From the NCBI GenBank assembly GCA_000826855.1, contig JTLS01000061.1, forward strand, positions 1-35,945: a DNA stretch of 35,945 nucleotides, given 5' to 3'. The stretch comes from Basidioascus undulatus (taxonomy: Eukaryota). The notes under the pieces were generated by a model that saw nothing but the letters and a program-made list of their open reading frames with translations, ran no database searches and was not told where the DNA came from. Shown piece after piece: positions 1-10,157 of the stretch; position 1 is the stretch's first letter, and every line of letters begins with the position of its first letter. The position numbers were made by a program, and so were the translations under genes.

Positions 1-151
1 ACGATGCGAAGTAGCTGGCGTCTGTCGGAGCCGACAGCATAGAAAAAAGCGGAAGCTCACATATGGTCGCCCATCTGCGGTGAGCATCTCTTCAGTCTAC
101 CTGGGGTGCCTCCAATGACACATGGCCGTGAATTCACCAAGTCCATTAATG

Positions 152-1090
152 TCAGTTTCGTGTCGGCGTGCTCAGCCATGAACTCAGACAGCGCCTCCTC
201 CATGCTTTTGCCGTTAAGCCGGGCGCGTGGGCCTTAAGTACGTCTGTTCGAGGTACCAGAAACGCTCCCAGGGGCCCAGGGATCGGCCGATTCTGGAAAG
301 GTGTGGGGCAATCGAAGTCAGAAAGACGGTAGTGAGCCAATGGACCAGGTGACGGTGCGCAGACAATCTTGGTCCGGACGCACAAGTCGCACAACCCCTG
401 AATATCATCCACGCACGTCACGGCCGCTGGGTTGATCTTGACGACGAGCCCGTCGGTCAGTTCATAGCGAGGGACGAAATGGTGGGTCGGTCGCACAGCG
501 CGGAAGCTGCTGTGACTTGGTCCGCGAGGGACGAAATGTTGTCGGCACCGCCAGCGGCAGGTCCCTCCTTGTTATCGTCAATAAATGAAGAAGGCGTCGC
601 GCAGATTGTCGTAACTGAACATAGAGAGGCGCGACATTGTCTTAGTAGTGATCACGATCTTCGGCTTGTTCGAGCGGGCGACGGCGGGCGTGACAATCGC
701 TTTGGGAGCGAGATCACCTGGGCAAGCGAACGGGTGAATGGCCGACCGACTTAGACTTGAGAGACCTAAAAGGTTTGCGTAGAAGAGCACCCGGTCACAA
801 AGGTTCATGTCGAGCACGTCTTTGCAGGGCTTCATGCCGCAAGCGGCGGGGTGCCGCACCACCGACGCAGCCAGCGCCGTCCAATCCGGCATCTCCCCTT
901 CCTTCGCATCCGCACGGAGCGTGTAGAGCCACCTTGAGGCATTCCATGCGGAAGAAGTCGTCGTGGCCGTACAAGCCGCGCAAAACGCGGCTCGTCTGCG
1001 AGAGGGCGACGTGCGTCGACAAGTGCGGGATGAGCCGACGGAGCTCGAACAGGATTTCGGTGGGGTAGCGGTCATTGAGGGGATTCCAAG
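152..1090 (-). pseudogene. Degenerate F-box-like protein gene (paralog of 4373..5047), frameshifted
   Basis: Frame 1 gives LNDRYPTEILFELRRLIPHLSTHVALSQTSRVLRGLY (F-box-like PxEI...LS..SR). It shifts near 915 to EMPDWTALAASVVRHPAACGMKPC. Later pieces LADQVTAASALCDRPTISSLAM and VVKINPAAVTCVDDI lie in different frames. Boundaries approximate. Confidence 0.55.
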
Positions 1091-2285
1091 CAGTGATAAT
1101 TCTTGATTTTGGTGATGATGGTTCGGTCGCAACCAGCAACTGACGGATAGCGACTCAAACGAGCTCTCCTCTCTCCCATCAATGTTGCGATTCGTGTCCC
1201 GTTCGTTTGCGGAAATCAGCGACTTCAGCTGTGGGGGCTCGCTTGGACACCCAATAAACGGCGAGAGTTGCTTTTTATCTAAGATTTTCTTTAAGGTACG
1301 GAGAATAACACCGTCAAGATTAGAATTCAATTGGTAAGGCCCCGTTTTCGGGAGCGGCTTCAGTTGCACTGAGCCGCAGTTGGACATAAGCAAGCCCAAT
1401 GAGGGTGTCTAGAAAAGCTTGGTTCACTCTGCATGGCAAGAAAGATTCTGATACATGGCGAATGGGGGCTTGGGTTAGGGATTTGAGGAGTGCACGACAG
1501 GCACAGCGCCGACTGGAGAGACTGGTCCCATAGCAGTACGTGACTCTCGGCATTCGATTAATAAGATCTGAAAATCTTTTATCTAATGTAACGTACCAGG
1601 CTGTTAAATGTGTCAACCCAAAGCCTCCCACCATGTGCAGGCGGACTCCTTGAGATCTATCCAAGGCATGAGTGCTCACTGCTCGCCTGTCCCAAACTTT
1701 CCTCTATGGGCGATACATAGCCTCAAAGGAGGTAATTCTTTCGAGATTACGGTAAATCGCATAAAAAGAAGATGGATAATATCAGGATGGAACACACTGA
1801 GATGCAGATGGAAACACAAAGATGCAGATGCTGAGGATCAGTACTGACGGAGGTAGCGGAAGTGCTGGACCCTTTTCTCTCAAGATCTGAGCCCTCATTT
1901 GATGTATTTCATTTGAGGCATATTGAACTGCCACTTGTGCATGCCTTCAGCGCAGGTTGAACAACGCGACGGGAATAGCGGCCCGTCGCCGCGATCCTGT
2001 GCCCTTCACAGAGTGCACTTCACAAGCCTGCCTTGTCTCACCACCACCTCTTAACCTGTGATCAAGCAGTCCCATTTGCGCCCTCTCCCACCATATTTCC
2101 ATCACCGTTTTCATCTTGTCGAAATCCACTCAATCCTGGCAGCGTAATGCCGCGCTGGTTGCCAAGCTTCAGAAGGCTCGGGTTCGTTGCACGATGGGCA
2201 GCACTTGCGTTGTGCTTCACAGTGATATATTCCCAGCATTACATTTTACATATAACAACTCACAATCTCAGTTTGACAGGTCCTC

Positions 2286-3111
2286 GTGGGCATCACGGTC
2301 GAGTACCGCAGGCACATGCGCACCCCCTTCGATGATGAACCTCCGCCCGGCGTACGTGTCACAGCTGCTTCAGTCCCGCCCCTTGCAGCGCTGCGCATGG
2401 TAATGATTTTTCATCTCGATACAGGTCGTGATTATTGGAGACGTCACCACGTTGAAGATGAGATCTCGATGACCGTTACGTGGTATCTCTTCGGCTGCGG
2501 GGAGGGTATCGATGGCCTATTTGGGAAAAAGAGGTGGACGAGGCGTGCACTGCTCGCTTGAAAAGGCCTGCAAAGGTGTTCATGAACGAGTGCGTCTCAC
2601 ATTTGCCTCGACTCAGGGTTATGGGCTGCTGGGTGCTAGCTGATACTTTCTCTGAGCAGAAATGCAACATCGTGAATGCCGCGTTGGCTGGCGCGGTCGA
2701 GCCCCTTTTTGTGTACGATCCCAAGGCGGTCGTCACTGCCTGGGAACCTCGTTCAGTGACTACTATGTGTACGCGAGAATACTGGAGTTTATTATTTTGC
2801 CTGACTGACTCTGTTACTTCAAGTACGGAAGTGAGCAAGCCCCATTTTACGACCGAGCTCTTCTTCATGGGGGACAAGACAGTGGATACGAGCGCCTCCA
2901 AGATGGCCTACTCCTTTGACATGTGCTTTGGCACGGATTTCGAGTAAAGGAGTTAGAGCTAATCCGTGTGCCCAAGGTATTCAACCCTCGCTACTTTCTT
3001 AGTCGTGTCTGTAATGAAGCGGTGCACATCGCCACTATCGATTTGGGACTGGCGGACTGGCCTTATCGTGCGTTCATGTTCAGCTGCATGTTTGCAGCTG
3101 TGCACGGCTGA
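2286..3111 (+). pseudogene. Possible decayed gene of unknown family (three overlapping protein-like ORF pieces)
   Basis: ORFs 2286..2561, 2480..2947 and 2923..3111 overlap end to end in different frames with protein-like composition. No family recognised. Confidence 0.25.
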
Positions 3112-3403
3112 CGGTTGGAGAATAGTAGAAATCGGCGTTTCAGTACAGACATGTATGAGCTATCCCAACTCCTGAGACCTGAAGCGAATGCTGAAGCGGG
3201 TTGAGACTCGACATGTGGACCCCGAAGGGTCGACATTTGTGAATTCAACCCTTAAAGTGCGGCTTCACCGACTTGATACTATTTACAAATAGATCATCCT
3301 CTTCCCACTCACCGCTTTGTTCGCGTTTCTCGCCATCCGCGGAGCGCTTCCTGGCAACCCAGACTTCGGCATCTTTGCTGACGCAGTGACGTACTTCTTG
3401 ACA

Positions 3404-3814
3404 ATGATCCTTCTTCTGCTCTGTGTGAGTCTTTAGCCTGTTTAAGCTTTTGAACGGAATACTTGAACAGGTTTATACAGGTACCGGCCTTGGTTCTTGT
3501 CATCGTTCACCCAAGAAGCAATCATGTGGTAACGACGGGAGTCGTGCACCCCCTGGCAGCTGCAGCAGTAGGAAACTCTGCCCCCTGTCACCAACCCCGT
3601 GGCCGCACTCAACAACGGTCCCTGGTGTGGTCGTTTCTTGCTTGTACTGACTCCTCTGATATGCCTGAATTGCATAAATTACATTTGCGCACGACCGCAC
3701 CGGCGCGTTCAAAAGAATAGCGTCGTCACAGCCGGCAACGCCTCGGGAATCTGCAATGGCGCTGCGGCGGGCCACGTCGTCAGCGAGGAGGCGCTCGGCA
3801 GGTGGGGTGTCTAG
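3404..3814 (+). pseudogene. Possible remnant of an RlpA/expansin-like double-psi beta-barrel (loosenin-like) gene
   Basis: A GTGAGT...CAG intron (~3425..3470) is followed by VYTGTGLGSC (cf. YxxGLGACG), then VAALNNGPWCGR (cf. NNPxCGR) and SVVTAGNASGIC. No continuous frame. The resemblance is weak. Confidence 0.25.
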
Positions 3815-4372
3815 CCGCTCTGGAAGCTGAATGGGTGGGGAGTGAGCGTGTAAAATCAGAGCCTCATGGGTGTTGGGCCGGTGTGTGCGAACTTTGCCTT
3901 GCAGTGTCAGTTTGAGACTGCTATGCGTGCAAGCTCTGACTGACGTAGGCGTTCAAGCAGGCGCTCGGACGCGCTACGCCCAAGCTTTCAAAGCCCACAT
4001 CCCTAAAGGGGGCCATATTATTTTGAGACGCGACCTGCGCGCATGCACGGTGTCCAGCGACCTCCGTGCAATGGCTGCGTCTAGAGGCTGCTGTCGTCCT
4101 TGTCCCAGCGCCGGTTGAATCCTCAGTATATGCGGCTTGGGTTTGCGCCCAAAAATTAAACGTCAGCATTTTTTCTTGTTGAGAGCAAAGCTGGACCTTT
4201 TTTCTACCAAGCGTACCTGCTTCCTCAGCTCTCCGGCGTGCAGACCGTCGTGCCCGACTCTCGGACGCGGAGGTGCTACTCTGTTCCTCTCACCACCTCG
4301 ACGCCACCCCAGCATTTTGCCATCGTTAAACCTCCACAGCCTTCGGGATCAAGACCTATACCGCCACACAGC

Positions 4373-5047
4373 ATGACCTCCCTCCTTTCCCTCCCGCCCG
4401 AGATCCTCCTACTCATCCGCAACTGCCTGGCCGCCCTGCAGACTTGCGTCGCTTTCTCGCACCGACTCTGAGACCACCCCTACTTCCTCAGAAAGTTAAA
4501 GAATTTCGGGCTTGGAATTCCGGAGAGTTTCCGGGGGACGCCCGAGACGGAGAAGGTGCATGTGAAGGCGGTAGCGAAGCTGAGCTGGGAACTGCACTGA
4601 GGGAGGACCGGGCTGCGCGCTCTGCAGAGATGAGGATGGGTGATTTCATCTTTTCCAAACATTTGAACCCTTGCAGCTCTGACCTGGGGGATAGATAGCC
4701 GCCTCGTTTCGGGGCGTCCGGTTTATCTCACCCTCCAAGGTCCGCAAAACCGCGCGCCGTCTCGAGCTCCACCCAGTTCTCCCACAGGGCAACTTGCTCT
4801 TCCTTGGCTTGAACGTTGAGGGGTGGGACGCCTTGCTACCGCCGCACGCCGCGTCTGAGAGCGACGAGGAGGGAGACAGGGAGACGAGGACTCGGAGGAA
4901 GTCGAGCTCTCCCCACTCGAGGAGCACGCGCGGATAGCGTATGCGTTTGCTACCTGCCCACCTGTCTCGGAGCTCGAGCTGCAGGTCGAGAGTGGTGGCC
5001 AGCTATGTGGTTTATGTGGAAAACGAAACCGGCGTGACGTGGACAGG
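4373..5047 (+). pseudogene. Degenerate F-box-like protein gene (paralog of 152..1090)
   Basis: ATG 4373 gives MTSLLSLPPEILLLIRNCLAALQTCVAFSHRL* (clear LPPEIL F-box start). Downstream pieces DHPYFLRKLKNFGLGIP, LELHPVL, LEEHARIAYAFATCPPVSELEL and VYVENETGVTW are separated by stops and frameshifts. Confidence 0.6.
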
Positions 5048-5685
5048 TAACGCGCAGGGACATGAGTGACTGTGAGTACCCCCCCCCAACTCTCCGCCGT
5101 TCTCGCAAGGGCTGCGCTTACTAGCTAGGTTATTTAGAGACTCTAATACGGAGACTTTGTGCTTGAAACAATCCTCGGAGACAGGCTGAATTCGGCGGCG
5201 TAAGCCCACTCCGTCGCTGGTATCACCACAGGGCGCAAGCTGAACCCGTTCCGGAGCAGGGACTTTGAGGGCTTCAACATCAACGAGGACGGCTCGGTTA
5301 GGCTCTCCGCCGTGTGGTCGTGACCCTGGAATTCTTCTGCTGTAGGTAGATCGAGGTAGCAAACAACAGATTTCGTGCATGGATGGCCCAGGCGAGCATG
5401 CAGCGACAGCTCTCCTGGACGCAGACAGCCCTTCTTTTTCGCCCCGGGGCCGTCAGGGTACGCATGATGTCCAACCCGTAAATGTTTACTTCTTCCTATC
5501 CGCAATGTCTATGTTGCTGGCCGAAGACGATCTCTGTGGCGTGCGTGATCTGCGAAAGTGGGCTGCGTCGCTTCGGTGTCATCGGACCGTCCGCCCCTGG
5601 CTGACTCGCCCTTCTTCCTTCTCCCATCACCGTCTTCCCCTTCTCGCGTTCTCCTACTTGCCTGCGTTACGCATCCCCTCAGCGC

Positions 5686-6660
5686 ATGCCCTCAGTTCCC
5701 CGACGCAGTGTTCTCGCCACTCTCCCTATCCGCCCCGCCATCGTCCCCACCGCCAACCTCGCGCACACCGTCCGTCACCCCTTCCGGATCTCCAGCACGC
5801 ACCACTTCATGTCCACGCCGGTATTTCCCCTTCCGCCGACGGCGACGCAGTCTGATGGGACCAAGATCGCCATCACCTCCCATAATCAGTATCACTCGCA
5901 TGGCCTCGAGCGGTCGGACCTGAAGGACAACCCCATAGCCCAGTTCCAAGACGTGCGTGGTCATCCTCACGCTTCCCCGGGACTTTCCTCATCTTTATTC
6001 GCATCATGCATCCAGTGGTTCAACCACGCCCTCGCTCACGGCGTACAAGAGCCCGAGGCGCTCGCGCTCTCCACCTGTCCCGCCTTCCCCGGTCCTCCCT
6101 CCACGCGCATCGTCCTCCTCAAGTCCGTATCCCCGCAAGGGTTCACCTTCTACACGAACCACCTCTCCCGCAAGGGGAGGGAGCTCGCGCAGAACCCGTT
6201 CGCGTCGATGGCGTTCTACTGGCGCGAGGTGCACCGCCAGGTGCGCGTCGTCGGGCGCGTCGAGCACGTCCCTCGCGAGGAGACGGCCGAGTACTTCCGG
6301 ACGCGGGGCGTGGGGAGCCGGATCGGCGCGTGGGCGAGCAAGCAGAGCGAGATTTTGTATAGTCGCGAACAGTTGGAGGAGCGCGTGAAGGAGGCGGAAG
6401 CGAGGTTTGGCATCGCGGGAGATGGGGCGAAGGACGAGGACCTGGACATTCCCATGCCGGACTTTTGGGGAGGTTACGTACTGATACCCGAGTGCGTTAC
6501 GTCCCTTCTTAATCCCAAATCTGAGCGGCGCTCATTCAAGGGAGGGATTGGTAGTGAGGTCGAGTTCTGGATGGGGCGCCCGTCGAGGCTTCACGACCGC
6601 TTCGTCTACCGGCGTCGGACGGATGGGGACAGGTGGACCGTCGAGCGATTGTCCCCGTAG
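5686..6660 (+). CDS. PDX3: Pyridoxamine/pyridoxine 5'-phosphate oxidase; exons 5686-5952, 6016-6491, 6555-6660
   Basis: Motifs RIVLLK, GFTFYTNHLSRKGREL, RQVRVVG, YFRTR..GSRIGAWASKQS, PDFWGGY, EFWMGRPSRLHDRFVY and WTVERLSP. GT-AG introns 5953..6015 and 6492..6554 (both GTGCGT donors) remove non-homologous insertions. Confidence 0.96.
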   Translation: MPSVPRRSVLATLPIRPAIVPTANLAHTVRHPFRISSTHHFMSTPVFPLPPTATQSDGTKIAITSHNQYHSHGLERSDLKDNPIAQFQDVRGHPHASPGLSSSLFASCIQWFNHALAHGVQEPEALALSTCPAFPGPPSTRIVLLKSVSPQGFTFYTNHLSRKGRELAQNPFASMAFYWREVHRQVRVVGRVEHVPREETAEYFRTRGVGSRIGAWASKQSEILYSREQLEERVKEAEARFGIAGDGAKDEDLDIPMPDFWGGYVLIPECVTSLLNPKSERRSFKGGIGSEVEFWMGRPSRLHDRFVYRRRTDGDRWTVERLSP

Positions 6661-7827
6661 ACGCCGAGGCGTCAGAAATATCCATCGATGAGGACATCTG
6701 AATGATGAAGGTTACACGTCGATCGTACCGACCAGTCGGACCCACTCCCGTATCGCAGAGCTCTCCGTTCGTTCAACCGAGCCTGTCGACCATTGGCTTT
6801 CAACGAACCATGACTGTTATTGGAACCACACTCATTCATCAAATCATACTCATTCACCTTATCATGCTATTTCATCTAACGCCCGTGCCTCGTATCAATG
6901 GCGCTGAGCTGACCTTGTGCCCGTGACCTTACATTGCTCGCGCTCACATTTCAATGCATATTCAGAATGGAACCATTGCCACCCACATCTCTCGTCGAAC
7001 GCATCATCTTCGCCGTTCCCCTTGTCGCGCCCTGCAGTCGGTTTGTACACCGCTTCGCTATTCTCTCGCATCCCCTGCTTCTCAAGCGGGGGAAGACGTT
7101 GGGATGCTCATCTCACTTCGCCCTTGGCAGTCGGGCCACCCAGCACCTTGCGACCGTTACTAACGTCATCTTCGTTGTCCAGCGCGACAAGTTGTTGGAT
7201 CTGTCCGTGTCAGCATATACTGGCGCTTGGCATACTGACTTTTCCAGGCACAGCCTATATCCCTGCCTTACGAGGCCTTCGACGACAGCGAGAAGCTTAC
7301 AGCTTGGCTGCAGCGTCCGAAAGCGACGTGGACTGCTGCTTCATTATTCGGCGTCCGTGGGCCGTGGGTCCGCTACAAGCGGCATGCCATGTCACTCAAT
7401 GGAGGGGAAGTTCTAAAGTATACAAGCTCATTGAAGCTGTTGAATATTCCCTATGGAGGAAGGCTCTGGAAACGATGCTCGCAAGAGGACACGAGATGTA
7501 GCATAGTCGCATCGTGCACGACAGGCCAATACTGGAAGGTAAGTAGGAGGGTGTTGTCGTATTACTCATAACGGAAGAGCTCGATACCGTATTTCACCCG
7601 CTAATTTTCCTTCTTCGTACCGGGTTAGACAAGTCGTAATAAAATGGCTGAGAGGCTGGCGTGAGAACAAAAGCAGGTCTAGCCCATACAGCTGTCTCAG
7701 CCCCAACCTCGCCTTCTCCTCTTGCTCTGGGCAACTCGACCGTTGCACCATTGCCACCGACTTCCCTCGATCCTCCTTTATATCGCGCAGAATCGTGTAG
7801 AAGCTGCTCCTGTCGACCAGATCTACA

Positions 7828-8523
7828 ATGACCGTGAGCTTGAACATCTCACTGATGTGCTTCGGGGCCGGACTGTCTTCGCTGATTCATTTTCGTAACA
7901 GGACATCATTCAACGCCTACCTGACGAGGCCCTCTATCGAATCATCGGACTAGCTGTGGGCGAAGCAAAATTTCCAAGCAAGGACTATCCCGCCGGTCAC
8001 TTGCGACTCGTCTCCAAGCGCTGGAGCTCACGCATTTTGAGTCACAGACCGTCGCGGAGCAATTTCTCTACCACACGTTGGATCTCGTTCGTCAAGACCT
8101 CCAGCGGCTGTGACGCTTCTCTCAAACGGAGCCGAGCGTAGCGAGCATCGCGGGCGGCACGTCCGGGAGCTGCGCCTTTTCAACCTTCGTATTGGGAGGC
8201 CTGGTTCGAGGTTGTCAGAACACGCCGCCACCGTCGACCGACTCCTCCCGATCGCACCGCACCTCGGCGGTCTCGTTGGCCTGGACTTGTCCACGGTCCT
8301 TGATCAAGTCGACTTCGCTTCAATCGTCTCGAGTTCGTACGCTCCGAACCTCCGCCGACTTAACATCTTGGTGGCCGGTTCGCCTAGCCCTCTTGCGCCT
8401 CTCATATCGCGCCGCATTACGCTGTCAGAGCGCCGCCTCTTTATCGACTTCGAGGACGGGAGTGTTGACGAGGAGCAGGGTGCTTTGGATCTTCCCGCAC
8501 TCGCCTTCCACAAGACTGGTTAA
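7828..8523 (+). pseudogene. F-box/RNI-like (LRR-type) protein pseudogene
   Basis: ATG ACC, then intron 7834..7901 (GTGAGC...CAG), gives MTDIIQRLPDEALYRIIGLAV...HLRLVSKRW. An orphan acceptor at ~8048 leads to TVAEQFLYHTLDLVRQDLQRL*. A frameshift then gives RGRHVRELRLF...LVGLDLS...APNLRRLNI. Confidence 0.6.
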
Positions 8524-10157
8524 GCCACCTCGGTACACACAACATATCAGTTACTCCGAGATGGGACTCGGCAAAAGACCCATACAGCAGATCTAGGAAT
8601 GGCGGGTCGACGGACGACGAGTAACCAACGACTGCTTGAACAGCCTCGACGACGCGGCGCCATGTGCCACGGTAACGACAGGTTGCACCCTGCGTTATCC
8701 CCTTTCTCGAAACTTGAGTAGAAATCCCGCAATTGAAGGTCTTCCGGCTGGCAGGGCAGGCGAGCGTTTGGAAGGCAGCCCAAGGCGCTGTGAAGGACGT
8801 CCACAGTAGAAGTACTCATCGTGGCTGGACCTCAAGACAGGTGAGCCGCTCGAAACGGTCGACGAGACATCTGGAACAACAATGAAGAATTATGGTGTCA
8901 TGCGACATATGCTGGCTCATTATGAGTATATCCCAAGCTCGCTTGCTCCCGCGCGTTGGCCGGCATAAGAGAGGTGCATGCGCGGCCCGCCGGGGTGTAA
9001 AATGCACCCCCACCCAACCGTCACTACAATTCCCCCCTCCGGCCCCAACTCCATGAATCCCATCGATCGATGTGCGTCTCTTGAGGAGAGCCTGTCCCAC
9101 CCCCGAGCGCATAGTCAGCTCCGACCTTAGTGAGCGGAACTGACGGGCTTGCCGAACTCGCCTTGCGCGCATGGGGGTTTGGGAGCTGACGAACGACGCA
9201 TCTGGCGGGGCAAGGGTAACGCAGGACGTCCCCCCGCCCCGAATGAAGGGGGGGAGCTGTGAGCAAAGCGTCCGTAGAGCCGCCAGACGACCACGTCGAC
9301 AATAAGCGCCGAGTCTGCATTCCAGGATGGTGGGCTCTAGGCCTGATCCGTGTCGCTGCATCCACCACGATGGGGTGGAATGAGAAAGCCCCATCGATAG
9401 GACACCTGAAAGTAGGGATACACAGACCCATGGGTGTGCAGGATAGGTGGTCTGGCCCACAGACGTTGACACAAAGAGCGAAACAGGCACGATGGACTTA
9501 GCTTTGGGTACTCCATGTTGATGCCGCAAACCTGTTGGCGATGACCTTGGCGGAGGCGCGGGGAAGAACATGTCTACCAATAGTGAACGTGAAAAGACCA
9601 AGGAGAAGAGTTGAGGAGGTGGCGGTTGCAGACGAAGGCGAGCTGGAAAGAGGAGACCGGACCTAGGACGGGAGCTGGCGGAGGTGGCGGTTGAGACGAA
9701 GGTGGCTTGGCCGCCGCTGCAGGTTTTGTAGTCGAGCAAAGGCCAAGCGGCACTCCCTTCTTAGTTCGGTCTGATTTTCTTTGCCAGGAATGTAACTCGA
9801 TTCTGACCGGTTCCAGCGATTCCGTCTACGGATGCCCCTTCGTTTTGCTTCGGCACGTCCGCCTTGTCTGCTCCCGGCTTGCCACTGCAACACCTTGGGT
9901 CGAGGTGCTGCATGATTAATATATCCAATATCACTAGTTACTGTCTGGAATGCTTTTCCCATTCGTGTGCTGGGAATGGCCGCATCGGTAGTGAGTGTGT
10001 CTATGTCTGTCTTGATGCGGGAAAGCGAGCTATGTGCTACGCATTCCTCGGCCCTTCCGCTTCCATCGCAAACGAGAAATGATCTCGGGATGGAATGGAC
10101 TTCAGGTCTTGCAAGATGAACAGACGGCATCTCTTTTCCCACATATCCTCAACGACA

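Noticed and set aside
6562..6600. EFWMG instead of the canonical EFWQG in PDX3
   Set aside because: As I recall this position varies among basidiomycete orthologs, and the adjacent RLHDR is intact.
6967..7500. ORF starting MEPLPPTSLVERIIFAV with an intron-like GTCCGT...CAG
   Set aside because: Only a faint F-box resemblance and no consistent downstream frame, so it is not listed as a feature.
8816..9739. 307-aa minus-strand ORF
   Set aside because: No recognisable motif or consistent splice model; composition resembles random ORFs.
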